Part shown: positions 12,901 through 27,335 of the stretch, piece after piece
Position numbering within the stretch: position 1 is the first letter of the stretch
Layout: each line of letters starts with the position of its first letter
Source: Octopus sinensis
Lineage: Eukaryota
Direction of reading: 5' to 3'
Length of the DNA stretch: 64,000 nt
Assembly (NCBI RefSeq): GCF_006345805.1
Contig: NC_042998.1
Span: forward strand, 49,166,001-49,230,000
Position numbers and translations under genes: made by a program
The notes under the pieces: model-generated
Told to the model about the DNA's origin: nothing
Database searches by the model: none
The model's input: only the letters and a program-made list of their open reading frames with translations

Positions 12901-15900
12901 GCTGGCAACGGCCACGGTCGGATTGGTGCATTTTACGTGCCACCGGCACGGAAGCCAGTCGAGGAGGTGCTGGCAACGGCCACGAGTCGGATAGTGCTTT
13001 TTACGTACCACCAGTCCAGGGGTCCTGGCTGGTTCAATTCAATTTCGATTTCACTTGCCCCAACATGTCTTTGCAAGCAAAGGGGGTTGGCATGGGTGCC
13101 TGTCGTCGGATGAGGTTCTATATCGACTTCGTTTGCCTCAACAGGTCTTTGTGTCCAAGGGAGGAAAGGCATGCATAAGTGGGCTGGGCTCACTTGTCCT
13201 GCCTGGTCTTCTCAAGATAATTTAGAATAATTGAATCATTATGAAAAGTGCTTTTTTTTCCATTTTTTTTAAGCGCTCATGTGGTACCATGTAAAAGCAC
13301 ACAGAACATTCTGTAAAGTGGTTGGTGTTATAAAGGGCATCCAGCCACAGAAACCATACCAAATCAGACTGGAACCTGATGCAGCTCTCCAGCTTGCCAG
13401 CTCTGGTCAAACCATCCAACTCATGCCATCATGGACAATGGACGTTAAATGTCAACAATGAAGAGAAATTTTAGCTATAAAAGCCTTTTTCTCTTTGGTT
13501 CTGACAAGATTTTAAACTTAATGCACAAGAATAAATTACAAAATTACTATATTTGATGGTATATAAGACACTCATTACATATTTTAATGCACTAAAAACC
13601 ATTTTTCTTGAATATACACCACTTATATTGAAGTGTGTATATTATACTATCAAATACTGTAAGTAATGAAGTTAATATTTTCAAGTAGAAACAAATAAAA
13701 TAACAGATATAAAAGCGTTACTATTCAAAAGCATACCTGAAACTTTGTAGCGATCAACTTATCAAGCCAGCCAGTAGTTAAGACATTATTTTGAAAATCT
13801 TCAGTTTCCAGGAGGCGAGTGAGGTATTCTACAGTGGTACGGAAATCACCACGGATAGATAATTCATTCAACGCCACAACCATATTTCTTAAAGAAAATG
13901 AAAGTAATGAAGAAATTAATACACATGCAATAACCAAATGGCTCGATTTCTACAACTGGATGTTCTTCCTAACACCAACCACATTACAAAGTGTACTGGA
14001 TTCGTTTTACGAAGCACCATCAAAAATTAATAAAACAAAATTTCAAATTATAAAGCTAAAGGAAACATTTAAGATACATTAATATGTAGCAAGAAGGAAA
14101 TTGTATAAGGCCCTTCAAACAAGTTCATTAAACAGGCATAGTTAAGAAGCTCACTTTGTAACTACATTGTTTCAGGTTCAGTCCCACTGCATAGCACCTT
14201 GGGCAAATATCTTCTACTACAGTCTCAGAAAGATCAATGTCTTGTGAGTGAATTTGATAAACAGAAACTGTGTGGAAGCCTGTTGTTTGTATACATATGT
14301 GTATGTATGTGTTAGTGTGCTTATCTCCCCACCACATGATAAGTGACATTGGTTTGTTTGTGTTTCCATAGCCTAGTGGTTCGGAAAAAAGGATTGATAG
14401 AATAAGTAACACACTTAAAAAATGTACTAGGGTCGATTTGTTCAACTAAATCCTTCAAAGCAATGCCCCAACATGACTTCAGCCCTATGACTGAAACATG
14501 GAAATGATTAAAAAAAGAATTACTGAAATAGGTGCAGGAGTGGCTGTGTGGTAAGTAGCTTACTTACCACCCACATGGTTCCGGGTCCAGTCCCACTGTG
14601 TGGCACCTTGGGCAAGTGTATTCTACTTTAGCCTCGGGCCAAACAAAGCCTTGTGAGTGAATTTGGTAGACGGAAACTGAAAGAAGCCCGTCGTATATAT
14701 GTATATGTATATATATGTGTGTATGTGTGTGTTTGTGTGTCTGTGTCTGTCCCACAGCATCCAGCATGGCCGCAGTCAAATAACTGAAACAAGTAAAAGA
14801 GTAACAGAGTAAAAGAGAAAAGAAAATAATAATTCCTAAAAACTTACTCTCGTGCATCCTCCCGGCATTCTCCCCATGAAAAACAATGGCCAAATTGGGA
14901 ATCAGCAAATTCGTGGAGACCTCCAGATGCTACAACACTAAAGTAACCCCAGACATTCTTGCTGCTGCGGAAGTTCAACTCCTGAACAGTGCCTGAGCTT
15001 GGTTTAAAACCCTGAAAGGGAACAGACATTGTGAAAACAATGTAAGAGTAAACCTCATACATAACAGAAAAATGATTTCCAGAGAAAAAGTACAATAATT
15101 GTATTAATAACAACAAATGAAAAAAGGAATAATAAAGATTATTATTTACAGAAGGTTTTTTTTATATACTTCTTGAACATGAATGATCTATAATGAGTAA
15201 ATTCTGTTCTGTTAAATTTATTTTTATAATTTTTAGTAAGTAAATTTCAACACATCAGTCATTCATATTTCAGTGCTTTCCAGTTTTAAGTTTGTTGTAT
15301 AGATATGGGAAAATGTAGACATAAGTATGTATGGATACATTTTAATCATATTTTCCAGCATACAAGTCTATTTAGTATATAGTGTAAACATTCAAACACT
15401 ATCATTATCTTTCCAAATCCTGTCGCATTTCACATGGAATTTTCGGTCCTCCAAAATTGTCTTGTTGTATAAGTTGACCGACCTCTTTTTGGCTGTAAAT
15501 TTTGATATGAGAAACTCACCTTGTATACTGGAAAATATGGTCTGCATGTATTTATTCACTGTATAAGTGTAAAAGTATAAACACATACATATGTAGGAGA
15601 AAATGCATATATATATATATATATATATATATGGTGTGCTTTACCTCTTCTGGATTTTCACTGGTGATTCTTGCAGCAATAACATGACCCCGTGGTTGTG
15701 GTTTAATTTTCAAATCATCAAATGGAATGATTTGGTCACCTGCAGGATCTTCTCCATACAATAGCCGTATGTCTTTGATTCTGTACAACGGAATTCCCAT
15801 TGCGATCTGAAAATTTCTCAAAGAATTAATGCTCTGACATAGGAAAAAGTAAATGGAAACATGAATCAATGCAAACATACCTCAACATACATTGGTAATT

Positions 15901-17836
15901 AGTTCTAAGACATGTGACTTACTTGAAAGACTACATGACACAAAAAAACCATTTTAAAAAGTTCATTAGTTTATATCTTAATAATTGGTTTTCACATATT
16001 CTCACATATGTTTCATTTGATTTTTCTCAATTCAGTGTTGGTTTTTAGGTGGGGGGTTTTTCTTTCAAAATTCTTATGCCTTTAAATATGTTTGCTGTGA
16101 CTGACATAAAACTGGATAAACTAAAATTGAGGTTTATTTTACTTTCCATTAATTTCTTCAAAAAAAAAATGATGTAAAGTAAAAAAGGTGACACATTGAA
16201 GTATGCCAGTACACTATTTCTCTCAACTTATTATATCTCATTGTGTAGAGAAATCAGCATAACTGAAATCGAAATGAAATTCGATGACTGGCATCCGTGC
16301 TAGTGGAGCGCTAAGAGTACCATACGAGTGAGATCGTTGCTAGAGCAGCAAGCTGGCCTCCGTGCCGATGGCACGTTAAAAACACCATTCAAGCGTGATC
16401 GTTACTTGCGTCACCTTACTAGCACTTGTGCTGGTGGCACGTGAAAAAACATTCAAGAGAGGTCGTTGCCAGTGCCGCTGAACTAGCTCCTGTGCAGGTG
16501 GCACGTAAAAAGCACTATTTGAGCGTGGCCGTTGCCAATACCGCCTGACTGGCCCTCGTGTTGGTGGCACGTAAAAGCACCCACTACACTCTCGGAGTGG
16601 TTGGTATTAGGAAGGGCATCCAGCTGTAGAAGCTCTGCCAGATAAGATTGGAGTCTGGTGCAGCCATCTGGTTCGCCAGACCTCAGTCAAATTGTCCAAA
16701 CCATGCTAGCATAGAAAGCGGACGTTAAATGATGATGATGATGATGAGATAAAAGAAACTGCTAGATTATATATTATAAAAGACAGTCCTTAAGTCAATA
16801 AGATATTTCAGTGCAACTAGAATTAGTTAGAAAAGACTAAGGTCATTTCCCTAGTTATCTTCTATCTCTTACATACTTCAGTCACTGGGCTGTGGCCAAG
16901 CTAGAGCACTATCTTGAAGGGTTTCAGATGAATAAATTGACCTTTCTCATACTTATTCTATCAGTGTCTTTTGCTGAACCACTAAGCTACAGGGATGTGA
17001 ACAAACTAATACTAGTTGTGAAATGATGGACTGAGAAGAGAAGGGGTACATACACAAACACAAAGACACACACGCAAGCATACAGGGAGTTGGAAAGAGA
17101 GATAAAAACTGTGGTGATGAAGCATTTGAGGTGGACCCTGAAAATACAAGAAGGTGAATAGAAGTGAGAGGGGACAAAAGAACAGGTGTGAGTGGGTAGA
17201 GGTTACAAGAGTGTATGGGAGAATGAGCAATGGTAAGAGATAACTGGTACTCTGTAAGTGACAATGATGAGGGTTCCAATTGATCCCATCAATAGAACAG
17301 CCTGCTCATGAAATTAATGTACAAGTGGCTGAGCATGTCACAGATACCACATACTCTTAATGTAGTTTTGAAGGATATTTTTGCCAGCTGAATGCATTGG
17401 AGCAATGTGAAATAAAGTGCCTTGCTCAAGGACAAAATACACTGCCAGGAATCAAACTCACAATCTTATAATCCTAAGCTGAATATCTTAAGCACTAAGC
17501 TACATGCCTAACCATAGTGAGTAGAGATAGGAAACAGGTTAGTGTATATAATGAATGAAGAGCAAGAGTTGAAGGGTGGCCTATATACTTTCGTGTTTCA
17601 AGCAAGTGCAATCAATAAGAGATTAAATTGTATTAAAAAATAAAAACTTGAGATTTTACTCTTTTACTCGTTTCAGTCATTTGACTGCGGCCATGCTGGA
17701 GCACCGCCTTTAGTCGAGTAAATCGACTTTGTAAGCCTAGTACTTATTCTATCGGTCTCTTTTGCCAAACCGCTAAGTTACGGGGATGTAAACACACCAC
17801 CATCGGTTGTCAAGCGATTTTGGGGGACAAACATAT

Positions 17837-17881
<45 letters not shown>

Positions 17882-20800
17882 TACGACAGGCTTCTTTCAG
17901 TTTCCGTCTACCAAATCCACTCACAAGGCTTTGGTCAGCCCAAGGCTATAGTAGAAGACACTTGCCCAAGGTGCCACGCAGTGGGAATGAACCCAGAACC
18001 ATGTGGTTGGTAAGCAAGCTACTTACCACACAGCAACTCCTTTATTGATAAAGGTGTATATTGTGCTGTATCAGAATTCTTTAAAATTTCAAATTCAACA
18101 GTGACTAAAAGCATCTGCAAATGAATACATTGAAATTAAATGAATAGAATTAAGAATGATCAAGATAAAGAAACAGGAACTGAAATATGTTTGAGATATT
18201 GTTTTACCTGCAATTGGGCGGCGGGAAGGTTAACATCTGCAATCATCTCGGTACATGGATGTTCCACTTGTAACCGTGGATTTAATTCAAGAAAGTAGAA
18301 TGAGTCATCTTCACAATATAGGTATTCCACTGTTCCTGCACTCACATAACCAACCATTTTTGCTAATGTCACAGCAGCCTAGAAGCAAATGTTAATAATA
18401 AGTAAATTTTATTGCATTGAAGATTTGATACTGCACAAAGTAGGTATACATTTACTACAGTTTGATATCATTTACTTGAATAATATGGTTAAAGAATCAC
18501 CTCAGATGTCTGTTTCACTGAAGAGGTCTCATAAGACTGAAACATATCCAAAGCTGTTTTCTGTACTTGCCAGAGTTGTTAAAATAATTATAGTTCATTG
18601 ACTAAAATTGCTTTTTCTACATTGCATGAAAACTTCTAAATAGATTTTTAAAGCTCACTGCATTAATATATTAACACTAACTTAACTATAGTTTTTCAAA
18701 TAGATGGTTTCTCTGAGTAATTTATTTTACTGAAACATCACGACCACACACTTCAATACTGTTAGCTGACAGGAATTGTTACTAAACATTGTTATGACAA
18801 AGAGAGAAAGAAACAGCTTTACTGCAATACACTTCCTGAAAAACTCCTGTGTTTCCAGTTCAATATTAAGCAGTTCAAAGACAGCAAGCTGGCAGAATCC
18901 TTAGTAGGTTGGGCAAAATGCCTTGGAGCATTTTACGTTCTGAGTTCGAATTCCACAGAGGTCAACTTGAACTTTCATCCCTTCAGGGTAGATAAAATGA
19001 GTAACAGTCGAGTACTGGGGTTGATGTATCAACTTAACCTCTCATCAAAATTCCTGGCCTTGTGCCAAAATTTTAAACCAATATAATGCAGTTCAAAGTT
19101 AATCATATATGGAATAGAAATCATTCTCAAACAGAACACTTTTGAAAGAAGAAATATCATTTGTACAAAAGTAAAATATATTTTGCGAAGGGAAAATTAC
19201 ACCTGCCTTTTCCATTTCTTCAAATGTTTCTGGCTTTGCAACAACAACAGGTGCTTCTTCAATGATTTTTTGATGACGCCTTTGAATTGAACAGTCTCTG
19301 CCGAACAGAGAGATTGCATTGCCATAGTTGTCAGCTAATATCTGAACCTCAAGATGACGAGCAGCCATTGCAAGTTTCATGACAAATATTGGTGAGCCAG
19401 GCACTTCACTTTGTACCTAAAAATAAAACATATTTTTTTATTCAATCTAGTTATATTTGTGATATATTTGGATAAAAATTACATTTAAAATGGCAACTTA
19501 TCTTAATCCTACTTAAGAATGAGAAAAACTTTTTACAATACATGGAAAAAATAATACATTTAATAAGAATGTTTTCTAGATTTAAGTACTCATTCAGTCC
19601 TATTTGTAATTAAACTCTTTTAATTAGGAATACTGTCTAAGAGAATTAATGCATTCGAGCTTTGGTGTTAGAGAAGACTTTTACGGATTCCATGGACAGC
19701 GAGGCTCACCAATGGAGAATTTCTTAACCAGATCAAGCCGAAACTGTTGCTAGAAGCTAGGATCACCAAGCATAGATTGACATATTTTGGTCATATTACG
19801 TGGAGAAAATCCCTGGAGAAAGACATCATGCTCGGAATGGTCAGTGGCAAGAGAGGAAGAGGCCGACCAAGAACCCGCTGGCTTGACACCATCAAGAGTG
19901 ACACGGGAATGGCCATAGCCAATCTGAAAGAAGCGACCCAGGAAAGAACTGGCTGGAGGACACTGATCCATAGAGTAACCGAGAGTTAACTTCAACTGAG
20001 CGGATAGATAGATAGATAGTCTAACAGATTTTATAAAGGTGAATACATTTCATATGAAATATTTTCAACAAATCCAAAATTTTATGACACTTTTTTTTAA
20101 AACTAATAATTAGATTATATAGTTATAATGTTGAGGAACTGTAAATGTTAACCCTTTCACTACAAAATTAAATTTCATAGTTATTCTAATGATAATATTA
20201 AATATCTACTAAAAAATGGAACTGATATTTTCTACAAGTCATGTTTGCCTCAATAAATTTTTGACACATCTCTAGGAAAAAAAATTTCAAACATGTCATT
20301 TCCAATGCAAAAGATAAACAAGTATATAAAACTGCTCTTCACAGTTAAAGATAGTGAAATTTTGAGTGGATATATCTGACTGTCATGGTAAGAGAGTCAA
20401 ATAGTTAATATAGCCAATGTGTTAAGCCTTCCTGCTGGCCAAATTGAAAACAAATTGCACTTCTATTTATGGTTGGAGGCAATGACTAGTGACCGAGACT
20501 TTTGGAAATATGCTGTGCTTGAGAAGACCCAGCAAGCCAAATGGGACCATAACCTTGTGGCCTATGCCAGGGGTATAACCAACCCACTTATGCATACCTT
20601 TCCTTCATTGGACACTAAACTCTGATTGCGAAGACCTGTTGAGGCAAGTGAAATCAAAATCAAATTCAATGAGTGGCATCCGTGATAGTGGAGCGCTAAG
20701 AGTACCATCCGAGCGTGATCGTTGCCAGAGCGGCTAACTAGCTTCCGTGCCGGTGGCACGTAAAAACACCATTCAAACGTGATCGTTACCAGCGTCACCT

Positions 20801-23800
20801 TACTGGCACTTGTGCCAGTGGCATGTGAAAAAACATTCGAGCGAGGTCGTTGCCAGTGCTGCTAGATTGGCTCCTGTGCAGGTGGCACATAAAAAACATA
20901 ATTTGAGCGTGGCCGTTGCCAGTACCACCTGACTGGCACGTAAAAGCACCCACTACACTCTCGGAGTGGTTGGCGTTAGGAAGGGCATCCAGTTGTAGAA
21001 ACTCTGCCAGATCAAGATTGGAGCCTGGTGCAGCCATCTGGTTCGCCAGTCCTCAGTCAAATCGTCCAACCCATGCTAGCATGGAAAGCGGACATTAAAC
21101 ATTAAACAATGATGATGATGATGATGATTAGTTTACACTCGTGTGTACATTGCTGTTGAGGAGCCAAACGACTGTACTCAAGTTGTGTCCCTTCAGGTGC
21201 TGCTATTGAGCATTCGTAATCACACCATCACCACCTCATGTTTGTTCCAACTCAAAACATTCCTACCTATTTCTAACATGAAAAATTTGATATAAAAATC
21301 ATGCCACCAAAATGGGTTTTTTTCTGTTTTTTTAAACAAATAATTATACTAACCTGTCTGAATAAATTTAGAAAATCATCAGCATTATTTGCTTTTCTGA
21401 TGCCACGTCCACCCCCACCTTCTGATGCTTTGATCATGACAGGAAAACCAATCTTGTAAGCCACTTGTAAGGCCTCATCCACAGTCTGAATGCATCCTTT
21501 ATTATATAGGTCTTTAGGTACCATTTGTGTTTGGCCCTTATTTCGTTCTATTTCACTCTTCTGTAGACTTAAACCTATAAAAAGAATGGTTTTAGTCTTT
21601 AATTTAAAAATTAAATATACACACTTTCACTATTATTTAGCAATCAATGCAGCAAAAAAAAAAAAAAAAAAATTGTATATTCTAACAAATGTTTCTGAAC
21701 ATTGTGTTTATCACTAATTATAATTTTTAAAAAATTGCAAAAGATTTAACTCTTTAGCATTTAAACTGGCTATATCTAGCCCAAATATTCTACCTGTTTT
21801 ATATTCAAACTGGCCATATCTAAACTCTCATACCTACCCTACATTAACATTCTAAAAATAAATAGCCACCTCATTGAAATCTCAAAGCTATGAGGTAATG
21901 CATGGTTAACTCAAAACAATATAAATAAATATGCATTACATTTGACAGAGTAATCTGAACACTCAAGTTATTTATAAAACAAGTGCCTAGTCTCCAATGC
22001 ATTTTTCTGTTATAATCCTTTCCAACGAAGGTAGAAACATTTCATGCTATAAAAAAGTATACCAAAAATTCACCAGCATTACACCTAATGACCCCAATGC
22101 TGTTTTTTTTTAAGACTTATTCAATGTTCACTTCCTGTGCATGTTCTATGTATTATTCATGCAGTTTTGATTACTTTTTCAGATGAATTGTACTGCACCT
22201 GAGCACTGTATGCAATAAGTTCTTTACTATTATTATATTTTCTGGCATATAAACTGAGATAGTAAATAGTGTAAGCATGTAGTATAAACATTCAAACATC
22301 GTCACTATCTTTCTAAATTCTGCTGCATTTCACATGGTTTTTTTGGTCCTCTAGTCATCTTGGCATATAAGTCAACCTACCCATTTTAGTAGTAAATTTA
22401 GGTCAGGAAAATTTGACTAGCATGCTACAAAATCTGGTATATATCTAATAAGTTAATTGCTTGCAAAGCTAAGATTCCCAGCAGTAACCATATGAATTAT
22501 TTGGTTCGTTTAATTCTATTAGAAGCCTCAAATTTATTCATAACAGAAAAAATGGAAGTGTGACATTCATTCTCCCCAAAACAGTACATACATCTGAAAA
22601 ATCAAAGCTACATCACAAAAACTATGCTCACTAATACTTAGGTTCATGTCATCAATTACTGATATTCATGTAAATTTTATTTCATTAAGTTATATTAGCA
22701 TTTAGTTAGGAACTTCCTATAGATCATATCCAGAAAGTTTCTTAATCGGTACTAACTTCATTAAACTCTTAAATAAGGAACTAGTATGAGAAAATATTGG
22801 TTTCGAATTTTGGCACAAGGCCAGCAATTTCAAAAGAGGAGACAAGTCAATTACATTGACCCCAGTGCTCAACTGGTACTTATTTTATCAACCCCAGAAA
22901 GTTGAAATGTGAAGTCAACCGCAGCAAAATTTGAGCTCAGAACGTAAAGATGACATTAATGCTGATAAGCATTTTTCCTGGCATGCTAACAATTCTGCCA
23001 TCTTGCTGTTCTAGTATGAGAAAATATTAAGTTTATTTTCTTCTTAAATCTATAAAAATCTATTCCATTTGCAATGAAAAATTAAGAAATATGATTAAAT
23101 AAATTTACCTGTTCCACTCCAAGGGAGAGTGGGAACACCAGCAGTCTGTGCCACAATGGTTGATGCTATCTTATCTCCAAGGGCCCACATGGCCCCTTCT
23201 GGTGGTCCTGTAATAAACAATTTATTGTTTAGCATCCAAAAGAATATAAAATAACCGTTTGAATATCTTGTGAAATTAATATGAAATACAAATCACTGGT
23301 ATACTTTAATTACTTTCTTCATGCATAAAATTAATTACAGTCACTACATTACCTAATTTTTGAAAAATAATCCAATCAAAAAATAACTTTAACAACACAT
23401 AAGGCCTATTTTAAAAGATACTGAAGTCAATTCACAATGACTTCACTAACTTTTTCTTGTATTTTTTATTTCATCAAGACCATTAAGATTAAGGCCACAA
23501 CTGTGAAGTACCAAATATATGTCATTCACATCAAATTACCCATGCTGAAGAGAATGATTATAAATAATTTTGAGGTTTAAAGTAGAAGTATCAAACAACA
23601 GAATATCATTTATCATTTTATATAATAGGAGCAGACAGGGTTGAGTGGTTAGGAAATTTGCTTCCCAACCACATAGTTTCAGGTACAGTTCCACTGAGGA
23701 CAAGTGTCTTCTACTATAGCCCCAAGCCAACCAAAGTCTTCTGATTGGATCTGATAGACAGAAACAGAAAGAAGCCCATTGCAATTGTGTATGTGTTTGT

Positions 23801-26800
23801 GAGTTTGTGTTTCCTTGTGATAGTTGTAAGTGAGCATCACTGTCATACAAGCAGTGTAATTCTTTTCAAGTCTTCCATGAAGGCCAAGGAGAGCTATTAA
23901 TTTACTTGAAAAACTGGCTTGCAACCAGAAAGGCATGCAGTTATAGAAAATACAATTCAATTCAATGAATTCTTTCTAACCTGCTCATGCAATCTAGGAA
24001 AAGTGGACATTAAAATGATGATGATTTATTTTGGTCAACATATTATCATTGTTTAACGTTTGCCTTCTATGCTGACATGGGTTGGACAGTTTGACAGGAG
24101 CTGGCCAGGCAAAAGACTGCATCAGATTTTTGTGTCTGTTTTGGCATTATCTTTACAGCTGGATGCCCTTCCTAACACCAACCACCCCACAGAGTGGACT
24201 GAGAGTTTTTACGGGCAGCAGCAAAGGCAAGGTCAGTTTTGGGGCCAAATAAAAAGCTTAGTCCACTCTGCAGGGTAGTTGGTGTTAGGAATGGGATCCA
24301 GCCATAAAAATCAACATTAAAATGATGACAATTTATCTTGGTCAACACAATGTTGAATAATCATTACTGAAATACTAATGATACTCAAATCATAATGATC
24401 TTTTTAATTACTATTATTCAGTTGGATGATGAGTATAGTGTCCACAGTATTTGCTGACCATACCAAACTAATAAGGTTCATGCAGATGATAATTAGCTTG
24501 AATCATTTATTTGGGCATAGTGTTTAATTATAGAGCTTGCAGGGCTGAGGCACAGACAGAATGCAGATGGCGAGAGGAAATTACATGAGTGCATCAAATG
24601 GATTTGAGTGAAATAGTGCATGGTTTGCTAGTTCAGAAGAACAAAGACAATTGTAGTTTCAGTGAAAGAGAGAAGACACAGCATATCAGTGGTTATAGTA
24701 TGTTGATATATAAAAGATTATCTATCAGTCTTCACTTGAAAGCAGTTCAAAATGTCTGAAAATGTAGTAGTTTCCACATATACACAACTAATACTCTTAC
24801 GTGGATTGCAGTTGTACTTTGTAGAAAGTCAAAAAACAAAGCATGTCTTACTGCTGTTGAATGAAGAAGCTAGCTTTTTATTTTCACATTATGAAAGCTT
24901 TGAGATCCTTTCATAGATGCTATGCATGTCAGGCATGGCATGCGATATCTATATTGCACATGGATGATATGTACCAACAGAAGGCTAAGGAAAAGTAAAA
25001 GGTGATATCATATGCATTGCAGATATCTTTCCTGCAAGTATTGACTTGCAATAGTTTAAACATTAACAGCCTCAAACTCACTAGTCTCGGAGAGACTGTA
25101 AAGGTGATAGACACTGCCTCTTCATTCAGACTTAGCAAGTACAAAAAAATGTAGTTGTGGAGAAGGAAGAATGTGTGTGACAAAGACAAAACCTTTGTTA
25201 TATCAGCAAAATTTATCACTGAGAAAACGCATTAGCAATCTTAAAAATATAACATGTATGAAGATGTTGAACTGTTAATGAAAATATTTTTCATTGATAA
25301 TGTGATATCTTGGGAAAGTGTCTGCTATTAAAGCTCTGGGTTGACCAAAGTTTTGTGAGTGGATTTGGAGGAAAACTGAAAGAAGGTCATCATGTGTGCG
25401 CATGCGCATGTGTGTGTGTGTATGCATGTGATTATGCTGTGTTTGTCTACCCACAATATAGCTTATAGTGATTAAATTTCTTTAATGATTGTGTCTAAAA
25501 TCTCTAAGATAGTTACCAATGAATGTTATTCCGTGTTTATGAAGAAGCTCTGGAAGTCGAGGATTTTCTGAAGCATGGCCCCAACCAGCCCAAACGGCCT
25601 GAAAATTAACAATAAAGAGGTAAGAAATTACAATATAATGAAAAAAAAGTACTCATTACAAAAATAAGAAAAATTACAAGTATGTAAAAAAAAAACTATC
25701 ACCTCTCTCCAAAAAATAACCACTAACTCACACATACACAATAATCATCATCATCATAATCAATGTCATTGTTTTAACACCCACTTTTCTATGCTTGTGC
25801 GGGTTGGACAGTTTATTGAAGAAAAAATTTTCTACAACCAGATGCCCTTCCTGTAAGCAACCCTCACCTGTTTCTAAGCACTATAATATTTCCCCATTTC
25901 CAGATATTTTTTACTAATGACTGCGGCCATACTGGGGCACCACTTTGAAAAATATTTAGCCAAATGAATCAACCCCAGTTCTTGTTATTTTTTTTAAAGC
26001 CTGGTACATATTCTATCGGTCTCTTTTGCTGAACTGCTAAGTTACTGAAATGTAAGCACACCAGCATTGGTAGAGGACAAACACAGACACAAAGACACAC
26101 ACAAAGATACATCTATACACATATACAATGGGATTCTTCTAGTTTCCATCTACCAAATCCATTCACAAGGCTTTGGTCAGCTCAAAGCTATAGAAGATAT
26201 TTGCCCAAAGTGCCACGCACAGGAACTGAACCCAGAACCATGTGGCCGGGAAGCAAACTTCCTACCAAATCAATTACACTGCCTGTATGATATTGACACT
26301 CACCTACATCACACACACACAAACAAACAAACAAACAAACAATGGACTTCTTTCAGTTTCCATCTACTAAATCTACACACAAGGCTTTGGTGAACCCATA
26401 AATACACACATCCACTTTGAGCAGGAGAGATCCACTGCAAGCCTTATTTCTCTCTGATTAAGGAGAGAACTAAAGACTGTAATGGTTCTCTACTACTCAC
26501 TGTACCATGCTGCCCATATAATAGGGGATGGTATTGAACATACTGATATTCAATCCCCCAGAACCATAAAACACTCCCAAATGCATTAGCTTAGCCAAAC
26601 CAATACACCTGATCAAAGATCCACACCAAACGCATATCCAAATAATTTACTACTTACTTGCACCTGTGTCCGTTTAGCAATGTCCAAAATAAGTTCTACA
26701 TTGGCATAATTATTATGATTTGTTCCTCCTTGAACTGGAACATACTGGTCACCCATACGTATGTATTCTAAAATATATAACAAACTAAGTTTGTAAACAG

Positions 26801-27304
26801 TATCATGAACATCACAACTTTTTATTTCTCCTCAGCTTGAAAATTTTCAAGTGTCAAGTCTAATTATATAAATATATAGTCAATTCAAATAAACAAATAA
26901 TTCAAGTAAATGAATAAAAAAAATGAGAAAAACAAATGTGAGGACATGCACAAGAAATGTATTAGCTTGACGTTCGATGAAAGGAGAGAGTTTGACATTT
27001 CGAACATAGCTCTTCATCGGGAAGTAGAAAGGGAAAAAGTCCAAAGATGGAAATTGCCAACAACATACATGTAGTTATATACATATATATTGGACATACT
27101 GATATTTAATCCCCCAGCACCATAAAACACTCCCAAATGCATTAGCCAAAGATAGAAGAGAGAAGTAGCATATGTCCAGTCCTTAGGACAGTCCTGAAGG
27201 AAAAGAAAGATGATCATGTGAGGAAAAGAAAGCTGATCACGTGAGGAAAAGAATATCCCTCATCTTTTTCTCCCCTTCACCGTTTTCTATCTAACTCTCT
27301 CTCC

Positions 27305-27335
<31 letters not shown>

